From a virus: a DNA stretch of 64,000 bases. Shown piece after piece: positions 36,754 to 46,433 of the stretch; within the stretch, counting starts at the first letter, position 1, and every line of letters begins with the position of its first letter. The notes under the pieces are model-generated. The model was not told the origin of the DNA and did not search any database. It saw nothing but the letters and a program-made list of their open reading frames with translations. The stretch is taken from positions 119,843 to 183,842 of IMG/VR virus record IMGVR_UViG_3300009126_000404; one strand, written 5' to 3'. The translations under genes were made by a program, and so were the position numbers.

Positions 36754-38151
36754 ATGAAAAAATACAATACAAAAGAACTACAACAAAAAGATTGGAATCA
36801 CAATATTCATCCTTTTACGGATTTTTCCAATCGTAACCCTGCATTAATAGTATCATCGTCAGATGGTAATTATGTATATGACAGTGATGGCAATAAGTAT
36901 TTAGACGGTGCGGCTGGACTGTGGTGTGTAAACATTGGCTATAATCATCCTGTAATGAAAAAAGCAATTGCTGATCAGCTTGATGAAATACCTTATTATT
37001 CAACATTTGGATCAACAGTTTGTCCACCATCTATAGAACTTGCCGCAAAACTTGCAGAACTAGCACCTGGGGATTTAAATCATACATTTTTTGGCACAGG
37101 TGGATCAATGGCAAATGATACAGCAATACGTATTATACATTTTTACTTTAATAAACTTGGTAAGCCAACTAAGAAAAAGATTATCTCACGTGTAGATGGA
37201 TATCATGGCAGTACATATATGGCTATGACATTAACAGGCGTAAAATTTGACCATATTGGGTTTGATCTTGCTCCTGATTTAGTACATTATATATCATGCC
37301 CTAACAGTTATAGAAGAATTGAAGGTAACAATCCAACTAATGTTCGGTTAGTAACATTTTGTAATGAATTAGTAGAAGAATTTGAGAACAAAATACTTGA
37401 ACTAGGACCTGATAATGTTGCGGCATTTATAGCTGAACCTATCATGGGTGCAGGTGGTGTTATTGTTCCTCCACCGGGCTATCATAGAAGAATGAAAGAA
37501 GTATGTGAGAAATACGATATTCTTTATATTGCAGATGAAGTAGTAACTGCATTTGGTAGACTTGGACATTGGTTTGCATCTGAATCAGTATTTGGTATGG
37601 TGCCTGATATTATTACATGTGCTAAAGGAATATCATCAGCATACATTCCACTATCAGCAACTATATTGTCAGATAAAATTTACGATGTAATTAGTGATGG
37701 ACCACAAGAAGATGGAGCATTATTTACTCATGGATTTACATATGCAGGACACCCTGTTGCGTGTGCGGCTGGACTTGCTAACATTAAAATAATGGAAGAC
37801 GAAAAAATACTAGAACATGTACGTGAAGTTGGCCCATACTTTGAAGAACAACTAAAACAAATGAGTAAACACTCTATAGTTGGTAATGTGCGTGGTAGTC
37901 ATTATATGTTATGTATGGAACTAGTTAAAACAAAAGAAACTAAAGAATCATTTGATAGTAGTATTAAAGTTTGTGATAGGGTTGCTAAACACGCCCAAAG
38001 TCATGGCTTAATGATTAGATCAGTTGGAAATCATCTTGTTTTATCACCACCATTAACACTTACTAAAGAAAATATAGATGAAATAATAACAACATTAGAT
38101 GCAAGTTTTAGTGCTACTGAAAAAGAATTAATAGACGAGAGAATAAGATGA
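36754..38151 (+). CDS. Class III PLP aminotransferase (omega-amino acid/polyamine:pyruvate-like)
   Basis: YLDGAAGLWC, YHGST, FIAEPIMGAGG, IADEVVTAFGR, PDIITCAKGISS, HGFTYAGHP. Confidence 0.92.
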   Translation: MKKYNTKELQQKDWNHNIHPFTDFSNRNPALIVSSSDGNYVYDSDGNKYLDGAAGLWCVNIGYNHPVMKKAIADQLDEIPYYSTFGSTVCPPSIELAAKLAELAPGDLNHTFFGTGGSMANDTAIRIIHFYFNKLGKPTKKKIISRVDGYHGSTYMAMTLTGVKFDHIGFDLAPDLVHYISCPNSYRRIEGNNPTNVRLVTFCNELVEEFENKILELGPDNVAAFIAEPIMGAGGVIVPPPGYHRRMKEVCEKYDILYIADEVVTAFGRLGHWFASESVFGMVPDIITCAKGISSAYIPLSATILSDKIYDVISDGPQEDGALFTHGFTYAGHPVACAAGLANIKIMEDEKILEHVREVGPYFEEQLKQMSKHSIVGNVRGSHYMLCMELVKTKETKESFDSSIKVCDRVAKHAQSHGLMIRSVGNHLVLSPPLTLTKENIDEIITTLDASFSATEKELIDERIR

Positions 38152-39179
38152 CTACAAATATACAAGAATTAACTATCCCAGATTATGAACGAGTAATCCA
38201 TGCTACAAACAGTGACACTGGATTAGATTGTTTAATAGCAATTCATTCTACAAAACTAGGACCAGCTATAGGTGGTTCACGATTTTGGCAATACGAAAAA
38301 ACACATGATGCTATAGAAGATGTATTAAAACTATCAAAAGGCATGACATATAAAAATAGTCTTGCTGGATTAAACGCCGGAGGAGGCAAAGCGGTTATCA
38401 ATTTGCGTAATGCAGAAAAAACTCCTGCTCTATTAAGAAGTTTAGGAGAAGTTGTAGATGCATGTAACGGTAGATATCTTACAGCAGAAGATGTAGGAAG
38501 TTCTCCAGCTGATATGCAAATAATCAATGAAATGACTAAACATGTTTTATTAACAGACAGAGATCCAAGCCCTGCAACTGCATTCGGAGTAATAAGGGGA
38601 ATGGAAGCTTCAGTTAATTTCCTAAGACAAGAAATGGCTCCTGGGCAAAGTTTAAAAGATTTACATATTTCTATTCAAGGACTAGGCCATGTAGGAATGT
38701 CACTGGCCAGAATGTTACATGATAAAGGTGCAATACTAACAGTTACAGATATAAATAAAGACAAATGTTTGGAAGTAAAAGAAAAGTATGACGCTTCAAT
38801 TGTAGAACCCGATGATATATATGATGTTGAGTGTGATATTTTTGCTCCGTGTGCATTAGGTGGGTCAGTTAATAAGGAAACTGTTGAAAGATTACGATGT
38901 AAAATCTTGTGTGGTGCCGCTAATAATCAATTATGTGTTTCAATGGTTGGTTATGCATTAAAAGATAAAGGAATTATAAATGTTCCAGATTTTCTTGTTA
39001 ATGCAGGTGGAGTAATTGACGCATATAAAGACTTTAGTCGTCTACCTTCAGATTTTCATGTAGCAAATATGATTGATGGAATCTATGATAGAGCTTTAAT
39101 ATGTTTAAAAATTGCAGCAGACAGCGATGTTCCAACAAATTTAATAGCCGAGCAAATGGCTGAAAAACGATTAAAATAA
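38148..39179 (+). CDS. Leu/Phe/Val dehydrogenase family enzyme
   Basis: GPAIGG, GMTYK, GGGKAVI, TAEDVG, IQGLGHVG, APCALG, GAANNQL, PDFLVNAGG. Confidence 0.92.
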   Translation: MTTNIQELTIPDYERVIHATNSDTGLDCLIAIHSTKLGPAIGGSRFWQYEKTHDAIEDVLKLSKGMTYKNSLAGLNAGGGKAVINLRNAEKTPALLRSLGEVVDACNGRYLTAEDVGSSPADMQIINEMTKHVLLTDRDPSPATAFGVIRGMEASVNFLRQEMAPGQSLKDLHISIQGLGHVGMSLARMLHDKGAILTVTDINKDKCLEVKEKYDASIVEPDDIYDVECDIFAPCALGGSVNKETVERLRCKILCGAANNQLCVSMVGYALKDKGIINVPDFLVNAGGVIDAYKDFSRLPSDFHVANMIDGIYDRALICLKIAADSDVPTNLIAEQMAEKRLK

Positions 39180-39208
39180 ACGAACACAAATTAACTAAAT
39201 ACATTATA

Positions 39209-39991
39209 ATGAAATACAATATAAATTGGCAATTAGCAGAACTATGTGGAAATATTTCTAAAATAGTATATAACGATCTTAATACAGTAACTGAATACTT
39301 AAAAACTAATAAAATTAAATATTCAAGTATAAAGATGTTTGATAATGATAATGCCGAAGGCTATGGAATAGTAATGCATGATTATATTATTTTAGCATTT
39401 AGAGGAACTGGTGCTAAAGATGATGGTGAATTTTCTATATCCGCGGCTTTTAAAGATTTTCTTGCTGATATTAAAGCATGGCCATCTGAAAGTGAAACAC
39501 AAGGTAATGTTCATTCTGGATTTAAAACAGAATTAGATAAACTATGGCCGCAAGTTACTAAATGGTTAGGAAAAAAATACAAAACTAAAAAAGTTGTAAT
39601 AACTGGACACAGTTTAGGTGCCGCAATGGCAACTATATGTGCTAGTAGATTACATGAACTTGATGCAGACTTAGTTTTATATACATTTGGATCTCCAAGA
39701 GTTGGAGATGGTTATTGGGCTAAACAATTTGATGATATTGAGGCTTATCGTATTGTAAATAACAATGACCTTATTTGTAGAGTACCACCATTTGGATATT
39801 ATACACATATTGGGCAACTTCATTATATAACATATGATCTTAAAATTAAAACAAATATGACACCGTGGCAACGGTTTATTGATAGAGTTAGAGGTACATT
39901 AAAGGCATTTAGTAAGTTTCAAATGTTTGATGCTATATATGACCATCCTGGAAATCAGTATGTTAAGAAAATTAAGAAAGCTCGTAAATAA
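39209..39991 (+). CDS. Lipase class 3
   Basis: LAFRGT, VHSGF, TGHSLG (GxSxG), TFGSPRVG, DLICRVP, DH. Confidence 0.9.
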   Translation: MKYNINWQLAELCGNISKIVYNDLNTVTEYLKTNKIKYSSIKMFDNDNAEGYGIVMHDYIILAFRGTGAKDDGEFSISAAFKDFLADIKAWPSESETQGNVHSGFKTELDKLWPQVTKWLGKKYKTKKVVITGHSLGAAMATICASRLHELDADLVLYTFGSPRVGDGYWAKQFDDIEAYRIVNNNDLICRVPPFGYYTHIGQLHYITYDLKIKTNMTPWQRFIDRVRGTLKAFSKFQMFDAIYDHPGNQYVKKIKKARK

Positions 39992-40952
39992 TTTGTGTGT
40001 GGTCATTTCCACGCACCCATGTACCCTCTAAACTTTTAATAACACATTTCCCTTTAAATTTTTTAACAGTTAATTCTAACTGCTCGTCACTACCAACTAA
40101 ATCAGCTTTTAGTATATCATAACAAGGCACTTTGTTCTTATCTAATGCAAGTATAATCATATGTTCAAGTCCATTGTGACGCCAATTGTAACCTATACGT
40201 GTATCTTCACCTTTTATAAATCCATCATAACGCACTACATCCCAAAATACAAATTTAATATTTTCTGGATCGGCTTTTAGTACTTTTTCATTATCAGTTT
40301 CTACTATAGTTATTCCATTTGCCACTACAGCATGTCCATCAAATACTATGCTATTACTTTGTGCTAAATGAATAAATTGTTCGTTATATATTTCCCAACC
40401 ATTAATATCTTCACCTTGAGAATTTTTATATGTAACTATACCTTTGTGTACTATTACATTAACTCTTAATCCTCTACTAATAGGTTGTACCGCGGCCGGA
40501 TACTTACTAAATGTTTTATAATCACCTGAAGTAGGATTACTTATTGGATAAACCATTATTAATCCAGGCCACACACGATTTATTGTTTCTGGTTCCAATC
40601 CTAAATCTAATTCTTGCTTTAACAGACTAAGAAATAAGCCAGCATCACGCTCATCTATATGATTCATTGCCATATTACAAGAAAAGAGTTTTTCTTTTTC
40701 ACTATATTTTTCGTCAATTATGTCGACTAAAAGATGTAAGAACTTTGTTAAACCCATACCAAATTGTTTACCATGTCGTCTTGGAACAAAATCTTGCATT
40801 CCAAAATCAATCCATGGGTTATATGCTATAGTTATTATTCGTTTTAATATAGGTTCTTTATGATATGTGGATAAAAGCTCAAACTTCTCTTCTTGCGTCT
40901 CAAAGTGTTGCAATTTAGATATTAATTCAGATAATAGGTGTACCTTGCTCAT
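39972..40952 (-). CDS. DNA-ligase-like protein (T4 gp30-type N-terminal and adenylation-like domains) lacking the catalytic motifs and OB-fold
   Basis: QPISRGLR in place of QxKxDGxR; FDGH in place of DGE; leaderless late promoter. Confidence 0.65.
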   Translation of the reverse strand: MSKVHLLSELISKLQHFETQEEKFELLSTYHKEPILKRIITIAYNPWIDFGMQDFVPRRHGKQFGMGLTKFLHLLVDIIDEKYSEKEKLFSCNMAMNHIDERDAGLFLSLLKQELDLGLEPETINRVWPGLIMVYPISNPTSGDYKTFSKYPAAVQPISRGLRVNVIVHKGIVTYKNSQGEDINGWEIYNEQFIHLAQSNSIVFDGHAVVANGITIVETDNEKVLKADPENIKFVFWDVVRYDGFIKGEDTRIGYNWRHNGLEHMIILALDKNKVPCYDILKADLVGSDEQLELTVKKFKGKCVIKSLEGTWVRGNDHTQIIYELS

Positions 40953-40980
40953 ACAACTATTTATCTAGTTAAGTATGTAG

Positions 40981-42051
40981 TTATTTTATTGTTGTTGATT
41001 CGTATGTGTGGTTATATTGATTATTAACCATTATGAATGTTGCACATCGCATTAGATGTTTAAGACGCTGTGCGCCTGCGTATGTGCATGTACTACGCAC
41101 TCCGCCTAGTATATTTTGAGTAGTTCCTTCTATTGGTCCTCTGTACGGAACAAGAACTTCTCTTCCTTCGCTACTTCTGTAGTCTTTAAGTCCACCAAAG
41201 TGTAATTTATTTGCCGCATCACTACTCATTCCGTAAAATTGTATAAATTTTTCACCATCTCTAGTAACCGGATTACCACCACCTTCATCATGTCCTGCAA
41301 ACATTCCGCCTAACATTACAAAGTCGGCTCCGCCAGCAAATGCTTTAGCCACATCACCAGGACAAGTACAACCGCCGTCAGCGATAATATGTCCACCAAG
41401 CCCGTGTGCCGCATCTGCACATTCAATAACTGCTGATAATTGTGGATATCCAACACCAGTTTGTATACGTGTTGTACATACTGATCCTGGTCCAATACCC
41501 ACTTTAACAATGTCAGCTCCATTAAGAATTAATTCCTCAGTCATTTCGCCTGTAACTACGTTACCTGCAATGATTACTACGTGTGGATATTTATTTCTAA
41601 ACTTTCTAACAAAATTACTGAACCGTTCACTATAACCATTTGCTACATCAATACAGACATACTTTAGATTATCACCAACTTGTTGATATACTCCATTAAA
41701 CTTTGCTAGGTCAGTATCAGATATACCAATACTCATTGCTACATGTTCTCGTCTGGTATTAAAATAATCAACTAACTCGCTTACTGCTAATGTTTTAACA
41801 AGGCATGTAAACATATGCTGTTCAGCAAGTTTATCAGCCATTTCCAATGTACCTACGCCATCCATATTACTTGCCATAATTGGAATACCACGATAATGCC
41901 TGTAATTGTCTACAGTTTTACCTTCATAATTACGAAATTTAAAACCACGTTCTAAATCTACATCTTTACGTGAACCTAATGTACTACGTTTTGGACGAAT
42001 TAATACATCACTATAATCATATTTTGTATCATTTTCAATTCTCATTTTCAC
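40981..42051 (-). CDS. guaC: GMP reductase
   Basis: [46 protein letters not shown]. Confidence 0.93.
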   Translation of the reverse strand: MKMRIENDTKYDYSDVLIRPKRSTLGSRKDVDLERGFKFRNYEGKTVDNYRHYRGIPIMASNMDGVGTLEMADKLAEQHMFTCLVKTLAVSELVDYFNTRREHVAMSIGISDTDLAKFNGVYQQVGDNLKYVCIDVANGYSERFSNFVRKFRNKYPHVVIIAGNVVTGEMTEELILNGADIVKVGIGPGSVCTTRIQTGVGYPQLSAVIECADAAHGLGGHIIADGGCTCPGDVAKAFAGGADFVMLGGMFAGHDEGGGNPVTRDGEKFIQFYGMSSDAANKLHFGGLKDYRSSEGREVLVPYRGPIEGTTQNILGGVRSTCTYAGAQRLKHLMRCATFIMVNNQYNHTYESTTIK

Positions 42052-42448
42052 ACACCCTTTTTCTTAAATCTGTTGTACTAAATCTATGGTCTCTTTTATT
42101 AAAATGAATTTGTATATCCCTTGATTTACAAATTTCTTTACCAGTGAAATCTTTTGTTCTATATTCTTCACCTAATATTCTAATATTAATTGGATACATA
42201 GATATTATATCTTGTAAATCTTTTTCAGTTTGGTATGGTATTATTTCATCAACATACTTTACAGCACTTAATTGAGCATGTCTTTCTACTAAACTTTGTA
42301 TAGGCTTGTTTTTTTCTGGCCTATCAATACTTGGATCAACTTGTAATCCAACAATTAAATGATCACAAGTATTTTTTGCTTCTCTTAACATCTCAATATG
42401 CCCTGAATGAAGTAAATCAAATGTTGAACAAGTAAATCCTATTTTCAT
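42035..42448 (-). CDS. Cytidylyltransferase (TagD-like)
   Basis: FDLLHSGH (HxGH); RDHRFSTT. Confidence 0.88.
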   Translation of the reverse strand: MKIGFTCSTFDLLHSGHIEMLREAKNTCDHLIVGLQVDPSIDRPEKNKPIQSLVERHAQLSAVKYVDEIIPYQTEKDLQDIISMYPINIRILGEEYRTKDFTGKEICKSRDIQIHFNKRDHRFSTTDLRKRVCENEN

Positions 42449-43014
42449 AATCCTAATATTCCGTATGCTTCATATGGAAGCCAATGTGTTTTCATTCGTT
42501 CTGGATGCCATAATACAGTTATTATATTATCTAATTTCCAACTCTCACAATATCCATACTCATCTGTTGCTAAACATGTTGCTCCAGGTGGAATTTTACT
42601 TAGCACCTCTTCATGCCTACTGCAAACTTCAACACTACTATCCTTATAGTTTACACTATGATCATGTGCATGTCTACCATTTTTTTCTAAAGTTCCGCCA
42701 AGTGCTACCGTCAGAAATTGGCATCCTCGGCTAATACCTAATATTGGCTTATCATAGAGTTTTGCTAAATCTAACGTGTGCTTTTCTACCCGTAAACGAT
42801 TTTCATTGTATTGCCAACTATTTGGCATCATACTATTACCACCTGTAAATACCACTAAGTCACTATCAACTACTGTACTTGTTTTATAATGTTCTAAGTG
42901 ATTAGGAATGGGTTGTAACGTATGACCCGAAAACATTTCATAAAATCCATGATCAATGCTGTCATACGGTCCATTTTGAAATTCAATCACACGTTGCGTG
43001 ATTGCTATATTCAT
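42445..43014 (-). CDS. Class I glutamine amidotransferase/peptidase C26-like protein with nucleophile Cys-to-Ser change
   Basis: FTGGN, PILGISRGCQ, WHPE. Confidence 0.8.
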   Translation of the reverse strand: MNIAITQRVIEFQNGPYDSIDHGFYEMFSGHTLQPIPNHLEHYKTSTVVDSDLVVFTGGNSMMPNSWQYNENRLRVEKHTLDLAKLYDKPILGISRGCQFLTVALGGTLEKNGRHAHDHSVNYKDSSVEVCSRHEEVLSKIPPGATCLATDEYGYCESWKLDNIITVLWHPERMKTHWLPYEAYGILGL

Positions 43015-43025
43015 TATTTAATATT

Positions 43026-43328
43026 TTATTCTACTTTTTCTATTGTAACGTCTAACGGAAATTGATTCTGTCTTGCGTTAGTTATGGTTTCTACACATTT
43101 TTGTTCTGCTACTTCGTAGCTATATGTGCCTGCTATGCCGCGGCCCTTTTCGTGAACCTCAAGCATCACAGAGTTTGCTTCTTCTAAAGATCTATTAAAA
43201 ATATTCTGTAAAAGATTAACTACAAACTCCTGTGGAGTAGTATCATCATTAAGTAAAATAACATTATACCTTGACGGTAATTTTAATTTAACAATATCTG
43301 CTACGCCTTGTTCTGATGCTTGAGTCAT
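43026..43328 (-). CDS. clpS: Clp adaptor ClpS
   Basis: YNVILLNDDTTPQEFV, MLEVHEKG, YSYEVAEQK. Confidence 0.92.
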   Translation of the reverse strand: MTQASEQGVADIVKLKLPSRYNVILLNDDTTPQEFVVNLLQNIFNRSLEEANSVMLEVHEKGRGIAGTYSYEVAEQKCVETITNARQNQFPLDVTIEKVE

Positions 43329-43337
43329 TTATTTACC

Positions 43338-43763
43338 TTAGTCTATTTTAATAGAACGTGGTTTCTTTTCATCTGGAATATTTTGTTCCAATGTGACTAC
43401 TAAGATACCATTGTCTAACTTAGACGATTTAACTTCTACATAATCAGCTAAACTAAATTCTCTTCTAAAGTTTCTAGTTCCTATGCCTTTATATAAATAT
43501 TCAATCTCTTCCTTGCTGTCTTTCTTTTCAGCATTGATTGAAAGTTGGTTACCGTCTTGTTCGACTTTTATTTCGTCTTTATCAAAGCCTGCGACTGCTA
43601 GGCTAATTGAATAACTACTGTCACTCACTTTTACAATATTGTAAGGTGGGTAACCGCCTGAAGTATTTGATGCAAACGTTGTAGTTAAGTCATCAAATAA
43701 TCTATCAAAGCCTATTGTAGCTTTATAAAAATCTGGAAGATTTAGTGTTGTTAGTCTTGTCAT
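43338..43763 (-). CDS. Small heat-shock protein (Hsp20/IbpA-like)
   Basis: YPPYNI, LAVAGF, YLYKGIGTRNF, LDNGIL; AAAGGAGA SD. Confidence 0.93.
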   Translation of the reverse strand: MTRLTTLNLPDFYKATIGFDRLFDDLTTTFASNTSGGYPPYNIVKVSDSSYSISLAVAGFDKDEIKVEQDGNQLSINAEKKDSKEEIEYLYKGIGTRNFRREFSLADYVEVKSSKLDNGILVVTLEQNIPDEKKPRSIKID

Positions 43764-43886
43764 ATCTTTTCTCCTTTATTAAGCAAGATTTTTTAGAACC
43801 CTTTCGGCATTCTATGTATAACAGAAATCAGTTCTATTACACATTGTTATTTATGCACAAATGCACATAAATTCAGTTAAAACGTA

Positions 43887-44144
43887 TTAATATAGTCTTT
43901 TTTTCTCTATAGTATCTTTCGCTATACGTCTACGATGTCTAGCACGTCCTGCGGCTTTTGCTTTAAGTCTTTTTTCTGTATTACTGATAAAGTATCTACG
44001 TTCACGTACTTCATTCATAATACCAGACTTTAAAACCATCTTTTTAAGTTTTCTAATGGCTTGTTCAACATTATTGTTTCTAACTATTACAGTTAGTCCA
44101 TCACCGGCTTGTTCGTCTCTATAGTTTTTCTTATATTTTCCCAT
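43887..44144 (-). CDS. rpsU: 30S ribosomal protein bS21
   Basis: VIVRNNNVEQAIRKLKK...EVRERRYF...KRLKAKAAGRAR. Confidence 0.88.
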   Translation of the reverse strand: MGKYKKNYRDEQAGDGLTVIVRNNNVEQAIRKLKKMVLKSGIMNEVRERRYFISNTEKRLKAKAAGRARHRRRIAKDTIEKKRLY

Positions 44145-44178
44145 ATTTATTCGTTTGTTTAATTATTAACTTACATAT

Positions 44179-44207
44179 AGTATAACGTAAGATTTCTTAC
44201 TTGTCAA
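44179..44207 (-). promoter_or_regulatory. sigma70-like promoter TTGACA-N17-TATACT containing palindrome GTAAGA-AA-TCTTAC
   Basis: Direct inspection; upstream of rpsU. Confidence 0.8.
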
Positions 44208-44240
44208 CCATAAAAAACCCTTGTTATAGTGTTTTTAACA

Positions 44241-44777
44241 TTATTTTATACTTGATATTGTGCCCGATACTCTATTACTATGAGTAATAATTCTCTCATA
44301 TTCTACTTCTAAGGTATTTGCGAACAAATTTAACAATTCTTTTGCCATATTTTGTCTACCACGTTCTCTGCCACGTAAAATAACTGTGACTGTTACTTTG
44401 TTATTTTTATCCAAAAATTTACGAGCCATTTTAGCCTTAGTTTCCAAATCATGAGTATCAATGTTTATACCCATTCGTATTTCTTTAGTCTCAATAATAC
44501 TTTCACGTTGTTTCTTTTTAGCCAATTTGTCTCTTTGCTTTAACTCATATATATGTTTGTTTAATTCAGTTATTTTACAAACTGGTGGTGTTGCTCTTTC
44601 AGCAATTAACACTAAATCTAAACCTACATTTTGAGCTTCTTTTATTGCATCATTAATAGACAGTATTTGGTTGTTGCCGTCTGGAAAGGAAACTCTAACT
44701 GTGTTGTGTTTTATTCTTTCGTTAGCTATAACAAAAGGACCTTTATATCTTTTTTTAAAAGGCTTATTTCGATGCAT
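44241..44777 (-). CDS. infC: Translation initiation factor IF3
   Basis: NERI...VRV, GLDLVLI, PPVCKI, KEIRM, DLETK, LRGRE. Confidence 0.9.
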   Translation of the reverse strand: MHRNKPFKKRYKGPFVIANERIKHNTVRVSFPDGNNQILSINDAIKEAQNVGLDLVLIAERATPPVCKITELNKHIYELKQRDKLAKKKQRESIIETKEIRMGINIDTHDLETKAKMARKFLDKNNKVTVTVILRGRERGRQNMAKELLNLFANTLEVEYERIITHSNRVSGTISSIK

Positions 44778-45981
44778 TATTAGTATTGATAAATTGTGGC
44801 TCTGCAGTTTTTAAAATCACTTGTTCATTTATAATAATTTTTCTTACACCTTGGTTATATAATTCTGGTAACTTATATTGCGTTTCAAGTAGTGCGTCAT
44901 CTAATATTTTACGTAATCCTCTTGCACCTAGTTCTTCTTTTATAGCAATATTAGCAATTTCTTCTAATGCTACTATTGTAAACTCTATTTGTATTTTGTC
45001 AAGTAAAAATAGCTCTTTTATTTGGTCTATTATAGAATCAGTGGGTTCTGTTAGTATTCTAGTTAAATCATGCTTATTTAACGAATTTAGCACGTTTACG
45101 CTAGGTAAACGCCCTACAAACTCAGGTATTAAACCGTATTTTATTAAATCTTTTGTTTGTAAATAGTCTTGCCAATTGTCTATCTTATCGTCTTTAGACT
45201 CATTAAAACCTATTCTTGACTTCCCTAATCTATTAATTACAACATCTTCTAAACCAATAAATGCACCACCAACTACAAATAGTATGTTGGTAGTATCAAT
45301 TTTTACTTTTTCTGGATTATGTTTCGGTTTGTTAGGAACATTTACTACTGTACCTTCCATGAGCTTTAAAAGGCTCTGTTGTACACCTTCACCTGAAACG
45401 TCCCTACTTAAACTAACATAGTCATTACGTTTGGCTTTTTTGTCTATTTCATCAACATATATAATTCCTTGCTCAGTTAATTGTATATTATAATCTGCGG
45501 CTTGAAATAATTTATGTATTAGTACTTCTGCATCTTCTCCTGCATACCCACTTTCAGTAATAGTTGTAGCATCTGTAATAACCATAGGCACACCTAAAAA
45601 CTTTGAAAGTGTTTGCGCCATTAATGTTTTACCAGTTCCTGTGGGTCCTGCAAGTAAAACATTACTTTTTGTTAAGTTAGTTTCTGTGTTAGATGTAATT
45701 CTTTTATAATGATTGTATATCGCTACACTTAATGTCTTTTTTGCACGGTCCTGACTAATAACATGCCTATTTAAATCATCATGTATTTCTCTAGGTGTAG
45801 GAACTTCAAATGGTTTATTAATAACAGTGGTTGTAATTACTGGTTCATTTGTAACAATGCCATGACAGAGCTTTACACATTCACTACAAATATGGGTACC
45901 ATTTTCACCTGCTAATAGTTTTTTTACTTGTGTTGCGTCTTTATTGCAGAAATTGCAAATTGTGGCAGTACTAGATTTCAT
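44764..45981 (-). CDS. clpX: ATP-dependent Clp protease ATPase subunit ClpX
   Basis: Zn domain CNFC...CSEC, GPTGTGKT, YVDEIDK, RDVSGEGVQQ, IGF loop, GARGLR. Confidence 0.95.
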   Translation of the reverse strand: MKSSTATICNFCNKDATQVKKLLAGENGTHICSECVKLCHGIVTNEPVITTTVINKPFEVPTPREIHDDLNRHVISQDRAKKTLSVAIYNHYKRITSNTETNLTKSNVLLAGPTGTGKTLMAQTLSKFLGVPMVITDATTITESGYAGEDAEVLIHKLFQAADYNIQLTEQGIIYVDEIDKKAKRNDYVSLSRDVSGEGVQQSLLKLMEGTVVNVPNKPKHNPEKVKIDTTNILFVVGGAFIGLEDVVINRLGKSRIGFNESKDDKIDNWQDYLQTKDLIKYGLIPEFVGRLPSVNVLNSLNKHDLTRILTEPTDSIIDQIKELFLLDKIQIEFTIVALEEIANIAIKEELGARGLRKILDDALLETQYKLPELYNQGVRKIIINEQVILKTAEPQFINTNNASK

Positions 45982-46433
45982 TAAAGTTTTTCATTAATAT
46001 ATTCTGGGCTCATTTGTACTTTTATATAATTATTAATGTCAGTTAATGACCTAACAACTAAATTAGTACCTGTAGCATTAATTAATTTTACAGTTTCCCT
46101 TCTTTTATATTTATCGCTGTAAAATAGTACTGTATTTTGTGATTCTTTTGATTTTAATAAACCTGTCATGATATCTTCCCATGCACACGTATCTACATCA
46201 ATAATCATAAAATCACATGTTTTGGAATTATTCCATATCCAAGGTAATGTCCCTGAATTAGTTTTTTTATCTTGTACTAGGAAAACAATACTTGTTGCTA
46301 TAAGTTTTTCAAATAATTCTTTTATTGAAGAAATTAAATCATTGTTAGTGCTTGAAACCATAATACTTATTCCATGTTCTGTCATGTAAAGATCTGGTGG
46401 CGTTACAGTGTAACTGCTATTGTCTAATTTCAT
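45981..46433 (-). CDS. Hypothetical protein
   Basis: ORF track; coupled overlaps. Confidence 0.7.
   Translation of the reverse strand: MKLDNSSYTVTPPDLYMTEHGISIMVSSTNNDLISSIKELFEKLIATSIVFLVQDKKTNSGTLPWIWNNSKTCDFMIIDVDTCAWEDIMTGLLKSKESQNTVLFYSDKYKRRETVKLINATGTNLVVRSLTDINNYIKVQMSPEYINEKL

Noticed and set aside
36742-36756. ATAAACT-AGTAT-ATG as another leaderless late promoter for the aminotransferase
   Set aside because: Two mismatches to ATAAATA and overlaps the upstream stop codon, so it was not counted.
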